This document shows, piece by piece, positions 31,428 to 44,614 of a stretch of DNA of 64,000 nucleotides. A program made the translations under genes and the position numbers. Under the pieces are notes generated by a model. It saw only the letters and a program-made list of their open reading frames with translations. It searched no databases and was not told the origin of the DNA. Origin of the DNA: Ralstonia pickettii (GTDB lineage Bacteria; Pseudomonadota; Gammaproteobacteria; Burkholderiales; Burkholderiaceae); NCBI GenBank assembly GCA_050987995.1, contig CP158804.1, positions 1,030,412 through 1,094,411 on the forward strand, given 5' to 3'. How positions within the stretch are numbered: the stretch's first letter is position 1; every line of letters starts with the position of its first letter.

Positions 31428-32573
31428 ATGTGGAAGCGTTATCTGGTCAAAAAGAATGAGCGTGCGCTGCTGCGGCGCGAGGGCGATTTCGTCAAGGTGC
31501 TGGAGCCGGGCGTATTCAAGGCGCTCGACCCTTTCAACCGCCTCGCGGTGGAAGCAGTGCGCATGGACGGCCCGCTGTCCGATACGGCGCTGGGCGACTA
31601 CCTGCGCAAGTCCGAGCCCGACGTGATGTCGCGTCACTTCGTGCAGATGGACCTTGGCGATGACGAAGCGGGCCTGCGTTACGAGGACAGCACGCTCGTG
31701 GAACTGCTGCCGCCCGGCACGCGCCGGCTGTACTGGCGTGGCGTGATCGATCATCGGCTGGAGCGGATCAGCCTGACCGAGGCATCGGCACTGCCGCCGG
31801 CCCTGGTGCTGCGCATGACGCAGCCGACGCTGCGCGCGCGGCCGGTGCAAGGGCTGGCCGGCGTGCTGCTGGCGCAGGTGCCGGCGTACAACGTCGGGGT
31901 GCTCAAGATCGACGGCAAGGTGGACCGCCTCCTCGAACCGGGCGTAATCGGTTTCTGGCGTTACAGCCGCGATGTGTCCGTGGAACTGGTCGACCTGCGC
32001 GTGCAGGCCGTGGAAGTGGCGGGACAGGAGATCCTGACCCGCGACAAGGTCGCGCTGCGGCTGAACCTGGCCGCGACGTGGTGCTACGTGGACGTGCTGC
32101 GCGCATGGTCCACGCTGCAAAAGCCCGCGGAACACCTGTACCGGGAGTTGCAATTCGCGCTGCGCGCGGCAGTAGGCACGCGCACGCTCGATGAACTGCT
32201 CGAGGACAAGCAGGTGATCGATACCACGGTCACGGCGCAGGTGCAAGCGCGGTTGCAAGGGACGGGGCTCGAACTGCGCAGCGTCGGTGTGAAGGACATC
32301 GTGCTGCCGGGAGACATGAAGACGATCCTGGCGCAGGTGGTGGAGGCCGATAAGGCCGCCCAGGCCAACGTGATCCGTCGCCGGGAAGAAACCGCCGCCA
32401 CCCGTTCGCTGCTGAACACGGCCAAGGTGATGGAAGAAAACCCGACCGCGCTGCGGCTGAAGGAGCTCGAGACGCTCGAACGGATCGCGGAGCGGATCGA
32501 CCGGATCTCGGTATTCGGCGGTCTCGACCAGGTGCTGAACGGGCTGGTCAGCATCAAGCCCGGCGCAACCTAG
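31428..32573 (+). CDS. SPFH (band-7 / slipin) domain protein
   Basis: From the ATG at 31428 (MWKRYLVKKNERALLRREGDFVKVLEPG…), with an AGGA RBS. Band-7 core …VALRLNLAATW…GLELRSVGVKDIVLP…, followed by a coiled-coil C-terminus. Confidence 0.75.
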   Translation: MWKRYLVKKNERALLRREGDFVKVLEPGVFKALDPFNRLAVEAVRMDGPLSDTALGDYLRKSEPDVMSRHFVQMDLGDDEAGLRYEDSTLVELLPPGTRRLYWRGVIDHRLERISLTEASALPPALVLRMTQPTLRARPVQGLAGVLLAQVPAYNVGVLKIDGKVDRLLEPGVIGFWRYSRDVSVELVDLRVQAVEVAGQEILTRDKVALRLNLAATWCYVDVLRAWSTLQKPAEHLYRELQFALRAAVGTRTLDELLEDKQVIDTTVTAQVQARLQGTGLELRSVGVKDIVLPGDMKTILAQVVEADKAAQANVIRRREETAATRSLLNTAKVMEENPTALRLKELETLERIAERIDRISVFGGLDQVLNGLVSIKPGAT

Positions 32574-32632
32574 CCAGTGACGGGCGTACCGGTATCGACA
32601 TCGATATCGGTACGCCACTATGAATTCAGGAA

Positions 32633-33862
<1,230 letters not shown>

Positions 33863-33903
33863 GGCAACGGGCGGCAGCGCGCAGGGCTGCCGCCCGATTG
33901 CCT

Positions 33904-35511
33904 TTAGATTTGGCGAGCACAATTGCCGAGCGCGGGGGCCTGCCCCGGTGACGGCAGCCGGAAGAACGCTACCACCTGGCTCAGCTCGCGCCCCTGCTCC
34001 TCCAGCGCGCGCGAGGCGATCGCCGCTTCGCTCACCAGCGCCGCATTTTGCTGCGTCACCTGGTCGATCTGCACGATCGCCTGGTTGACCTGCTCGATGC
34101 CGCGGGTCTGCTCCAGCGACGCCGTGGCGATCTCGTCAACGATACCGGTCACGCGCGCCACCGCCTGCGTCACCTCGGCCATGGTCAGGCCGGCCTCGCT
34201 CGCCAGCGCCGATCCGTCCTGCACCTGGCGCCCGGAGGCCTCGATCAGCTCCTTGATCTCCTTGGCCGCGCTGGACGAACGCTGCGCCAGCCCGCGCACC
34301 TCGCTCGCCACCACCGCAAAGCCGCGGCCCTGCTCGCCGGCACGCGCCGCTTCCACGGCCGCGTTCAGCGCCAGGATATTGGTCTGGAAGGCAATGCCCT
34401 CGATGATCCCGGTAATGTCCGCGATCTTGGCCGAACTGGCGCTGATGTCCTGCATGGTGCCGACCACGCGCTGCACCGTGCTGCTGCCACGCTGCGCCAC
34501 GTCGGCCGCGCTGCGCGCCAGTTCGCTGGCCTGGCGCGCGTTGTCGGTGTTCTGGCGCACGGTCTCGGTCAGTTCTTCCATGCTGGCCGCGGTTTGTTCC
34601 AGCGAGGCCGCCTGCTCCTCGGTGCGGCTGCTCAGGTCGGCATTGCCGCGCGCGATCCCGCTGGTGGACAGCGCGATATTGCCGCTGCTGGCGCGCACCT
34701 GCGTGACGGTGGCGGTGAGCCGCTCGTTCATCTCCCGCAGCGCCGCCAGCAGGCGGCCGGTTTCGTCGTGCCGGTCCACCTCGATACGCGCGCCCAGGTC
34801 GCCGCCGGCCACGGTATCGGCCACCTCCACGGCCCGCTGGATCGGCCGCGTGATCGCGCGCGTGATCAGCACCCCGCCGGCTGCCGCCACCGCCGCGGCC
34901 ACCAGTGAAATCAGGATCAGCAGGTTGCGCTGGCGCTGGTAGTCCGCCTCCAGCTTCTGCTCCATCTCCTTCTGCCGCGCCTTGGTGAAGTCGGCGTAGG
35001 CGTCGGTCGCCTTGATCAGCGCGGCCAGCAGGGGGCGGCACTGCTTGTCGATGCGGGATATGGCTTCCTCGACCTTGCGCTCCACGGCCAGGCCGACGAT
35101 GCCCGTTGCCACCGGGCCGTAGTCCGCCTCGACCTTCGCCACCGCTTCCACCAGCTTGCGTGCCTCTTCGCCGGCGCCGGACTGCCGCACCATTTCATTG
35201 AGCCGTGCCAGCCGCTCCTGCACGTCCTGGTGCGCGCGCAGCGCCTCGGCCTTCTCGCGCTCCAGTTCCGCCGCATCGGCGACCAGCACCAGGTTGCGCG
35301 CCGCGATCGCGCGCCGGTCCACGGCGCTGCGCACCTGCGCAGCCATCTCAGCGCGCGCGTTCAAGCCGTTGAGATAGTCGTTGAAGCCATCGGTGGCATC
35401 GCCCATCGCGTGCAGCGAAAACGCCGACACCACCAGCACCACACCCGCCAGCGTGCCGAACCCGGTCAACATCCGCGTGCGGATAGACAAACTCCTGAAA
35501 TCCATGATCAC
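33904..35511 (-). CDS. Methyl-accepting chemotaxis protein
   Basis: Two TM segments flank a periplasmic 4HB sensor region. HAMP domain, then the highly conserved MCP signalling domain (…[21 protein letters not shown]…). Confidence 0.9.
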   Translation of the reverse strand: MIMDFRSLSIRTRMLTGFGTLAGVVLVVSAFSLHAMGDATDGFNDYLNGLNARAEMAAQVRSAVDRRAIAARNLVLVADAAELEREKAEALRAHQDVQERLARLNEMVRQSGAGEEARKLVEAVAKVEADYGPVATGIVGLAVERKVEEAISRIDKQCRPLLAALIKATDAYADFTKARQKEMEQKLEADYQRQRNLLILISLVAAAVAAAGGVLITRAITRPIQRAVEVADTVAGGDLGARIEVDRHDETGRLLAALREMNERLTATVTQVRASSGNIALSTSGIARGNADLSSRTEEQAASLEQTAASMEELTETVRQNTDNARQASELARSAADVAQRGSSTVQRVVGTMQDISASSAKIADITGIIEGIAFQTNILALNAAVEAARAGEQGRGFAVVASEVRGLAQRSSSAAKEIKELIEASGRQVQDGSALASEAGLTMAEVTQAVARVTGIVDEIATASLEQTRGIEQVNQAIVQIDQVTQQNAALVSEAAIASRALEEQGRELSQVVAFFRLPSPGQAPALGNCARQI

Positions 35512-35914
35512 TCCCCCTTACCGTCCAACCGGACGTTTGCGCATCACTGTTTGAATTGCCAACTGCATGCCGAATCGCGGCCTGCAACGCTGCGCGCCCG
35601 TTCCCTGCTGGTCGGCTCGGTGTCCCGCGCTCCGACAGGAGTGCATTGCCCCTGCGGCTGGCGCGTGTCCGTGCTCTGTGTTGCGGTGGCTAACGGCTGC
35701 GGATGGGTGAACTGTTCCCTACGAGAGTGGGGACATGGGTAGACAAAGTCGGTGGGGAGCGAAGGAGGAGTGCGGCAGCGGTCACAGCCTGTGATCGGCG
35801 AAACCGCGATGTGTTGCGCCGACGCGCGGGCCGCCCCTGCCACCCCACAAGGGGGGCGACGGCGCAGCCGCGACATGGCAGCATACGGTTCCCGTGACCT
35901 GCCAGGGAGACCCC

Positions 35915-37618
35915 ATGCTGAGCGGATTCGATGCACTTGTCGAGATGTCGATGGCGGAGTGGAAAATCCCCGGACTGGCACTGGCCGTCATCCGCGACGG
36001 CGAGCCCATCCTGCTACGGGGATACGGCATGCGCGACAGTTCCGCACCAGCGCCCGTGACAACCGCTACGCAGTTCCTGCTGTGCTCGCTCACCAAGTCA
36101 TTCACAGCCGCCGGACTGGGCCTGCTGGTGGATGAGCGCAAGCTTGACTGGACCACGCCCGTGCGCGAGATCATTCCCGGCTTCCGGCTGCACGATGCCG
36201 TCGCCACGGAACGCCTCACGGTGCGCGACCTGCTCTGCCACCATAGCGGCCTGCCGCGCCATGACTGGGTCCACGCGCCGGGCGACCTCGACACGCAGCA
36301 GATGATGGAGCGCCTGCGGCACCTGGCACCAAGCCGCGGCCTGCGCGAGAGCTGGCAGTACCAGAACCTCGCCTACGCGGTAGCGGGCCATGTGGCCGAG
36401 CGCCTGAGCGGACAGCGTTGGGAAGACTTCACGGCGCAACGGCTGCTGCAGCCGCTGGGCTTTACACGCTACAGCTTTTCGACTGAGGCGCTGGCGGCCG
36501 ATCCCGACCATGCGCACCCGCACGCGATGGACGGCGACGAGCGCCTGCGCGCCAGCTGGTCGCCGATCCGCGCGACACCAGCCGGCGGACTCAACGCCTC
36601 GGTGGAAGATCTGGCGAAATGGATGCGCTGCCTGCTGGATGCGGGCAAGGTCGACGGACATCCGCTGCTTTCCCCCACCATCGTGCGAGACATGATGACG
36701 CCGCAGGTCCATGTCTGCCGCGCGGAATTCCAGGAAGTTGGCGACGTGCATTACGGTTTAGGCCTGACGGTCGAGCACTACCGTGGCGACCGCACCGTCT
36801 CGCACTCGGGTAGCTGGCTTGGTTGGGCGACACTGATGACGCTGATGCCGGCACGGCGCCAGGGCATCGCCGTCCTGACCAACCGCGCCCCAAGCGCGGT
36901 GACTGCCTTGCTGACCTATTCCGCTCTGGACCAGGTATGCGGGCATCCGCCCATCGACTGGTTCAGCCGCCTGCGTGCCAGGCGGCACGAAATGCTGGCC
37001 CAGCAGCAGATCGACAAGGCAGCACAGCTGGCACGGCAGCATGCTGGCACCACCCCCAGCCACCCGCTGCCAGACTACGCGGGCACCTATTCCCACCCCG
37101 CCTACGGCCAGATCACCATCGAGACCGACAGCGATTCGCTTGCGTGGCACTGGCGCGGCATGTCAGGCCATCTCGCGCACCGCCACTACGATGTCTTCGT
37201 CACGCCCGAAAAGCCCGCCGAGATCCATCCCGACAATCTCGCCCTCACCTTCCTTTATGACCGTGACGGGACCATCGACCGCATCGCGGCTCCGCTGGAG
37301 CCGCTGGTCGACGATATCGTCTTTCACCGCGTGGCAGCGGGCGACGCAACCACCGCCGCCTTCCGCGCGCGCTGTGTGGGTGAGTACCGGCACAGCGCCC
37401 AGCGTATCGACGTCGAGTCCGATGCGGCCGGCGGGCTGCTGCTGACCATCGCCGGCCAGCCCCGGCGCCGCTTGCGGCCGCTCCACGGCCGGATGTTCGA
37501 GCTCGAGGACCTTCCGCGCATACGGGTCGAGTTTCGAATGCCTGGGCCGGATACGGTGGACGCGCTGGTATTTTCCCAGCCAAATGGCACGTTCCTGGCA
37601 ATGCGGGTCGTGGCGTAG
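35915..37618 (+). CDS. Serine hydrolase (class C beta-lactamase / D-aminopeptidase family, with a C-terminal beta-barrel domain)
   Basis: From the ATG at 35915 (GGGAGA RBS). The SxxK motif is SLTKSF. Length about 567 aa. Confidence 0.8.
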   Translation: MLSGFDALVEMSMAEWKIPGLALAVIRDGEPILLRGYGMRDSSAPAPVTTATQFLLCSLTKSFTAAGLGLLVDERKLDWTTPVREIIPGFRLHDAVATERLTVRDLLCHHSGLPRHDWVHAPGDLDTQQMMERLRHLAPSRGLRESWQYQNLAYAVAGHVAERLSGQRWEDFTAQRLLQPLGFTRYSFSTEALAADPDHAHPHAMDGDERLRASWSPIRATPAGGLNASVEDLAKWMRCLLDAGKVDGHPLLSPTIVRDMMTPQVHVCRAEFQEVGDVHYGLGLTVEHYRGDRTVSHSGSWLGWATLMTLMPARRQGIAVLTNRAPSAVTALLTYSALDQVCGHPPIDWFSRLRARRHEMLAQQQIDKAAQLARQHAGTTPSHPLPDYAGTYSHPAYGQITIETDSDSLAWHWRGMSGHLAHRHYDVFVTPEKPAEIHPDNLALTFLYDRDGTIDRIAAPLEPLVDDIVFHRVAAGDATTAAFRARCVGEYRHSAQRIDVESDAAGGLLLTIAGQPRRRLRPLHGRMFELEDLPRIRVEFRMPGPDTVDALVFSQPNGTFLAMRVVA

Positions 37619-37666
37619 CACGGCACCGCAAACGCTACAATCGGTTTCTTTCAGGTGGGCATATCA

Positions 37667-37753
37667 TGAGCTCTGCACTGCTTGTCATCGACTTCCAGGC
37701 CGGACTGGTCGGCACCGACACGATCGAGTTCAGCGCGCTCGCTCCGACTTAGA
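37667..37753 (+). pseudogene. N-terminal remnant of an isochorismatase-family hydrolase gene (28 codons, then stop)
   Basis: MSSALLVIDFQAGLVGTDTIEFSALAPT* resembles the isochorismatase/cysteine-hydrolase N-terminus (ALLVIDFQ). It lies immediately before the AT-rich junction. Confidence 0.3.
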
Positions 37754-37974
37754 TGCGCAAGCATTGCGCCGGTAGCGCCCGGTTATCCGGGCATGCATGC
37801 GTCGTTATATTTACGCGCACAATACGATTGCCGCTCAAAAATCGCCCAATATCCAAAGAAATCCCTCGCGCTGATCGTCAAGCTTCTCTGGTTCACGAAC
37901 GACTTTTCGCGCCGCGGCTTCCTCCTCTCGCCGGCCACACTGTCCGCGCCCTTTCAACATCCTGCCGAACGGGC

Positions 37975-38160
37975 GCGCGTTCTAGTTTTATTTTTATCTC
38001 TATTTATTAATATCTATATTTATTAAAATCAGAATTAAACCGATGTTAATAAGCGACTAGGGTTAGTACTAGGCATAGTCGATCAATTCATAGACCTATA
38101 TTAAGTCTCGCCGGACCAGCGGTTGCGCACTGGATAAACGACAACCTGTTAAACACAGGC
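37975..38160. other. AT-rich segment (well below local GC), probably the junction of a horizontally acquired island
   Basis: ttttatttttatctctatttattaatatctatatttattaaaatcagaattaaaccgatgttaataagcgactagggttagtactagg… is flanked by ~66% GC DNA. It contains the palindrome TAGTACTA. Confidence 0.5.
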
Positions 38161-38185
38161 GACAGGCAAATCCTGACGATCACGC

Positions 38186-39085
38186 ATGGATGCCCCGACG
38201 AAATTCGATGCTGCCGCGGCCCTTTCGGACCTTATCGGCCCGCGCTTGTCGCGCGACGCGAACGCCTTCCGGCTAAGCGCATCGGGTGAAGTCAGCCAGG
38301 GCGCATCGATGCAACGCCTTGGGCAACTGCTAGCGCTGGCGAGCCGCCATGTCCGGACCGGCGTGGCACTCGATCTCAGCCCGGAAGAACTTCGAGCGCT
38401 AAGCACGGGTGTTCCAGGTTGGGATCCGTCGCATTGGAGCCTGCTGGAATCGCTGCGCGTCGCCTTGCTGCTCGCCTCGCCGGACATGGAAGGCGACGCC
38501 TTCGCCATAGCGCTCGAACATTGCTTTCGTTTCGCGGACCACGGCGAGTCGTGCGCCCTGTATCGCGCGCTGGCACTGCTGCCGGGCGGCGAACGCTTCG
38601 TCTGGCGCGCCGGCGAAGGCTGCCGCAGCAATATGCGGTCCGTATTCGAAGCCATTGCGTGCGATTCGCCGTACCCTGCGAAGCATTTTAGCGACGTCGC
38701 CTGGCACCAGCTCGTAATCAAGGCGGTGTTCATCGACGTGCCGCTCTGGCGCATCGACGGCATCGACCGGCGGCTCTCTCCCGAGCTGGCCCGGATGGCG
38801 CTCGACCTCGCGGACGAACGGCGCAGCGCGGGCCGCAAGGTGCCGCCCCAGCTATGGCTTTGCCTCGGTCCTTACGGTGGCGAGCGCGGACTGCAGGCAC
38901 TGCGCAAGGAACTGGCGGAAGGCGATGCGCAGGGCCAGCGCGGCGCGCTGCTCGCCATCGCCCGGGCCGGTGACGCGTTGAGCGGCGAGCGCCAATGGCT
39001 GCGCACCGCGCTCGACACCCATGCTCGCTTTGTCGAACAAGCCCGCCAGTTACGCTTTACGCAGCATGCGCTTCGCTTTCTCTAG
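38186..39085 (+). CDS. eboA: EboA-like protein (first gene of the ebo cluster)
   Basis: 299-aa conserved hypothetical protein that leads a TatD / DHQS-like / TIM-barrel / phosphodiesterase / UbiA gene set. Confidence 0.6.
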   Translation: MDAPTKFDAAAALSDLIGPRLSRDANAFRLSASGEVSQGASMQRLGQLLALASRHVRTGVALDLSPEELRALSTGVPGWDPSHWSLLESLRVALLLASPDMEGDAFAIALEHCFRFADHGESCALYRALALLPGGERFVWRAGEGCRSNMRSVFEAIACDSPYPAKHFSDVAWHQLVIKAVFIDVPLWRIDGIDRRLSPELARMALDLADERRSAGRKVPPQLWLCLGPYGGERGLQALRKELAEGDAQGQRGALLAIARAGDALSGERQWLRTALDTHARFVEQARQLRFTQHALRFL

Positions 39086-39121
39086 CGACAAGAACAACGA
39101 GAACCACAAAAGGACCCCGCC

Positions 39122-40018
39122 GTGAGATTCTTCGATCCCCACATACATATCAGCTCACGCACCACCGACGACATGGAGGCAATGGCCGCCGCCGGCATCC
39201 GCGCGGTCATCGAGCCGGCGTTCTGGCTGGGCCAGCCGCGCACCAACGTGGGCAGCTTCTTCGACTACTACTCGAGCCTGACCGGCTGGGAGCGCTTTCG
39301 CTGCAGCCAGTTCGGCATCGCGCATTACTGCGCGATCGGGCTCAATTCGAAGGAAGCGAACAACGAGAAGCTGGCGCGCGAAGTCCTCGAGCTGCTGCCG
39401 CAATTCGCGCTGAAAGAAGGTGTCGTCGCCATTGGCGAGATCGGCTACGACGAGATCACTGCCGCGGAGGATTTTGCCTATCGCGCGCAGCTCGATCTGG
39501 CACGCGAGCACGACATGGTGGTGATGGTCCACACGCCCCATCGCGACAAGAAGAACGGCACGCTACGGTCGATTGACGTCGCGCGCGAGCACGGCATCGA
39601 TATGACGAAGCTGGTCATCGACCATAACAATGAGGAGACCGTGCGCGCCGTGCTCGACTCCGGCGCATGGGCCGCCTTTACCATCTACCCGAACACGAAG
39701 ATGGGCTCTGAGCGGATGGTCGAGGTCGTCCGGCAATACGGGCCGGAGCGGATCATCGTCGACAGCTCGGCGGACTGGGGCGTCAGCGACCCGCTGTCGG
39801 TACCGAAGACCGCGCACCTGATGCTCGCGCGCGGCATTCCCACTGCCGATGTCGAAGCGGTCACCTGGGGCAACGCGTTGCAGGCCTACGCGCAGTCGCA
39901 GCAGATCGATGTCGCTGCGCTGGACCAGACCCCGCGGCTCGATCAGCGGCAATTGTTCGCCGACAACTCCGTGCTGCGCGGACAAGCGCCGCGTGTCGAC
40001 GCGCCGGTACCGAACTGA
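39122..40018 (+). CDS. eboB: TatD-family metal-dependent hydrolase (EboB)
   Basis: GTG start at 39122, with an AAGGA RBS. MRFFDPHIHISSRTTDDME… His-motif TIM-barrel hydrolase. Confidence 0.8.
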   Translation: MRFFDPHIHISSRTTDDMEAMAAAGIRAVIEPAFWLGQPRTNVGSFFDYYSSLTGWERFRCSQFGIAHYCAIGLNSKEANNEKLAREVLELLPQFALKEGVVAIGEIGYDEITAAEDFAYRAQLDLAREHDMVVMVHTPHRDKKNGTLRSIDVAREHGIDMTKLVIDHNNEETVRAVLDSGAWAAFTIYPNTKMGSERMVEVVRQYGPERIIVDSSADWGVSDPLSVPKTAHLMLARGIPTADVEAVTWGNALQAYAQSQQIDVAALDQTPRLDQRQLFADNSVLRGQAPRVDAPVPN

Positions 40019-40103
40019 CCCGGCGCTGGTTGTCCTGCCGCTGGCGGCCACGCCCCGCTACCCACCCACGCCATTGCCTCGGTACGCGCCACAGGAGCAC
40101 CTC

Positions 40104-41287
<1,184 letters not shown>

Positions 41288-41291
<4 letters not shown>

Positions 41292-42412
41292 ACCACGACT
41301 ACCCGCTGACCTACTGCACCAACATTCACCCCGGCGATGCGTGGGCCGACGTCCGACGCAATCTGGAGGACCATTCGTTGCAGGTCAAGCGGGCCTGCTC
41401 ACCTGAGCACAGCTTCCCGCTCGGCTTGCGCCTTTCCGCGCCGGCCGCATTCGAACTCGACGGCGCGGAAATCCACCGCTTCGCCAACTGGTGCGAGGCG
41501 CGCGACTGTTACGTGTTGACGCTGAATGGCTTCCCGTATGGCGCGTTCCACGGCACCCGAGTAAAGGAAGCGGTCTATCTGCCTGACTGGCGCGATCCAC
41601 TGCGCGCCGCCTATACGAACCGGCTCGCCGACATCCTCGCACAATGGACGCCCCGCGGCCAGGCCCGTTCGATCTCCACCGTGCCGGTTGCATGCCGTAG
41701 TGGCTTTGCCGCCGAACACTGGACGCAGGTCAGGACGCATCTGCTCCACACCCTGACGCATCTTGCCCGTCTGCACGAGCATGGCGGTCCGCTGATCCGC
41801 CTCGCGCTCGAGCCGGAGCCGTACTGCGTACTGGAGCAGACCCGCGAGGTGGTCGAGTTCTTCGAACGGATGCGGTTCCCCGCGTCGGTTGCCGACTACA
41901 TCGGCCTGTGCTTCGACTGCTGCCACCAGGCAGTCGAGTTCGAGCAGCCGACCGACTGCCTCGCGGAACTGGAACGCGCCGGAATCCGCGTGGTCAAGGT
42001 CCAGGTGTCCTCCGCGCTGCGGGCCCGTGGCAACGCGATTGCGAACCTGCTGGCGTTCGACGAACCAACGTATCTGCATCAGGCCGTGCTGCGCACGCAG
42101 GACGGCGAACTGCTGCGCTTCTCCGATCTGCCGGGGCTGGCGCGCTGGCTCGAACGCGGCGAGCCGGCCGACGAGTGCCGCGTGCACTTTCACGTGCCGA
42201 TCTTTCTCGCAGAACTAGGCGAGGTCGGCACGACGCGCTTCTTCCTCGAGGACTGCCTGCCGCGTCTGGCGCCGGAGACGCCGCTTGAGGTCGAAACCTA
42301 CAGTTTTGGCGTGCTACCGCCGGCACTGCGTCTCGACTCGCCCGGCGCGTCGATCGCACGCGAACTGAACTGGGTCAGGGAGACACTCGATGCAGCGCAC
42401 GGCCGTCATTAA
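41288..42412 (+). CDS. eboE: Xylose-isomerase-like TIM-barrel sugar phosphate isomerase/epimerase (EboE)
   Basis: The GTG start overlaps the eboD stop (GTGA). VNHDYPLTYCTNIHPGD…. Confidence 0.7.
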
Positions 42413-43757
42413 CGTTGTCGGACTGACGAAGAAGCTGCTCGGGCCGCACACGCCGCACCTGTCGGCGCTGAGCAACGACGTCGCGGCAATCGATGCCGTA
42501 ACGCCCGCGCTGACCTGTTCGGCGCAGACGACCTACCTGACTGGCAAGCTTCCGAGCGAGCATGGCATTGTCGGCAACGGCTGGTACTTCCGCGAGCTGG
42601 ACCAGGTGATGCTATGGCGACAAAGCAACCGCCTGGTGGAGGCGCCGCGCATCTGGCATCTCGCGCGTGAGCGCGATCCGCGGTTCACCTGTGCCAACAC
42701 GTTCTGGTGGTACGCGATGGCGACAGACGCGGACATCACGCTGACACCGCGGCCGCTCTATTGCGCGAATGGCCTGAAGCTGCCGGACTTCTACACCCAA
42801 CCGGCGACGTTGCGGGAGCAACTGCGCCAACGACTCGGGCAGTTCCCCTTGTACGATTTCTGGGGGCCGCGCACCAGCATCCGTTCGAGCCGCTGGATCG
42901 CCGACGCGGCGCTCGAGGTCGAGGCGCGATTTGAGCCAACGCTGAACCTGATCTACCTGCCGCATCTCGACTACTGCCTGCAACGCCTCGGCCCGCAAGC
43001 CGATATCTCGACCGACCTGCGCGAGATCGATGCCGTCTGTGGCGACCTGATCGACAAGTTCCGGGAGCGCGGGGTACGCGTTGTCGTGCTCTCCGAATAC
43101 GGGATCGTGCCGGTCAGCAGGCCGGTGCATATCAACCGGGTGTTGCGCGACGCCGGGCTGCTCGCGATCAAACGCGATCTCGGCCGCGACTACCTCGACA
43201 CCGGTGCTTCGCGCGCATTTGCGGTGGCCGACCACCAGGTCGCGCACGTCTACGTCCGCGACCAGCGCGACATCGCCGCGGTCACCCGGCTTTTCGACGA
43301 CGTCGACGGCGTCGGCGAAGTACTCCACGACGCCGGAAAGCACCACTACGGCCTCGCGCATCCGCGCGCCGGCGAGATCGTGCTGCTGGCCGAACCGGAT
43401 AGCTGGTTCACCTACTATTTCTGGGCCGACGACGCTGCCGCGCCCGACTATGCGCGCACCGTCGATATCCACACCAAGCCCGGCTACGATCCGGTCGAGC
43501 TGTTCGTCGATCCGGGCATCCGCTTCCCCGCGCTGAAAGTCGGCGGCATTCTCGCGCGCAAGGCGCTCGGCATGCGCTATACGATGGATGTGATTCCGCT
43601 CGACGCGTCGCTGGTGCGCGGCTCGCACGGCATCCGCACGGCCAGCGACGAGGACGCGCCAGTGCTGATCAGCTCCGAACGCGGTCGCATTCCCGACGAC
43701 AAGCTGGCCGCGACCGAGGTCTGCTCGTTATTGCTCGAGCACGTGTTCGTCCAATGA
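42390..43757 (+). CDS. eboF: Alkaline-phosphatase-superfamily nucleotide pyrophosphatase/phosphodiesterase (EboF)
   Basis: 455 aa. …PALTCSAQTTYLTGKLPSEHGIVGNGWY… matches the type I phosphodiesterase family. Confidence 0.75.
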   Translation: MQRTAVINVVGLTKKLLGPHTPHLSALSNDVAAIDAVTPALTCSAQTTYLTGKLPSEHGIVGNGWYFRELDQVMLWRQSNRLVEAPRIWHLARERDPRFTCANTFWWYAMATDADITLTPRPLYCANGLKLPDFYTQPATLREQLRQRLGQFPLYDFWGPRTSIRSSRWIADAALEVEARFEPTLNLIYLPHLDYCLQRLGPQADISTDLREIDAVCGDLIDKFRERGVRVVVLSEYGIVPVSRPVHINRVLRDAGLLAIKRDLGRDYLDTGASRAFAVADHQVAHVYVRDQRDIAAVTRLFDDVDGVGEVLHDAGKHHYGLAHPRAGEIVLLAEPDSWFTYYFWADDAAAPDYARTVDIHTKPGYDPVELFVDPGIRFPALKVGGILARKALGMRYTMDVIPLDASLVRGSHGIRTASDEDAPVLISSERGRIPDDKLAATEVCSLLLEHVFVQ

Positions 43758-44512
43758 GCACGCTGCCCTTCCGTCCTGACTTCAACGCGGTACTGTCGCT
43801 GTGCCGCGTGAGCAACCTGCCGACTGTCTGGATGAACGTCCTGACCGCGGCCGTGCTCTCCGGCGCGGTATCGAACAGCGCCGGCAACGGGCCGGTTTCC
43901 CACTCCGCCTTGCTGGTCGTGCTGCTCGCGTTCGCATTGTCGTGCTTCTATTGCGGCGGCATGGCGCTGAACGACCTCTGCGACCTCGAGCACGACCGCC
44001 TGCACCAGCGCTACCGGCCGATTCCGGCCGGCCGCATCACGGCTGGCCATGCGCGCGCCGTCACCCTCGCGCTGTTCGCCTGCGCCCTCGCCTGCCTGCT
44101 GCCCGTGCCGCATCGCGCGGGGCTGGTCGCCGGCGTGGTGCTGCTTTTTGTCATCTGGGTCTACGACCACTTTCACAAACGCCACCCGTCGACCGTGTTC
44201 GCCATGGCCGGCGCCCGGCTGCTGGTCTATGTCGTCACCGCGTTCGCGCTGACCGGCGGGATATCCGCCGTGGTCGGAATCGCCGCCCTCGTCCAGGCCG
44301 CATACGTACTGCTGCTGACGGTCGTCGCGCGCCACGAAGGCCATACCGCTGCCGGGCGTTACCGGTGGCCGGTGATCCCGTGGATGCTTGCCGCGATGCC
44401 GCTCCTCGACGGCTTTGTGCTCGCCATGCTGGCACATCCCGCGTGGTTGCTCGCGGGCGTCGTCGGCATGGGACTGACCCGCGCGGGCCAGCGCTACGTG
44501 CGCGGCGACTGA
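43754..44512 (+). CDS. eboC: UbiA-family aromatic prenyltransferase (EboC)
   Basis: NDLCDLEHDRLHQ is the NDxxDxxxD Mg/prenyl-diphosphate motif. Polytopic membrane protein. ATGA overlap with eboF. Confidence 0.85.
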   Translation: MSTLPFRPDFNAVLSLCRVSNLPTVWMNVLTAAVLSGAVSNSAGNGPVSHSALLVVLLAFALSCFYCGGMALNDLCDLEHDRLHQRYRPIPAGRITAGHARAVTLALFACALACLLPVPHRAGLVAGVVLLFVIWVYDHFHKRHPSTVFAMAGARLLVYVVTAFALTGGISAVVGIAALVQAAYVLLLTVVARHEGHTAAGRYRWPVIPWMLAAMPLLDGFVLAMLAHPAWLLAGVVGMGLTRAGQRYVRGD

Positions 44513-44614
44513 CGGATGTAGTCAATCGTGGCCGCTTCCGGCACAGCGGCCCGACGTAGAGCCCAAGCCATGGTGCCGGTTGTGCATGAAGCCTCCAAAC
44601 CAACGAGGAGCACC

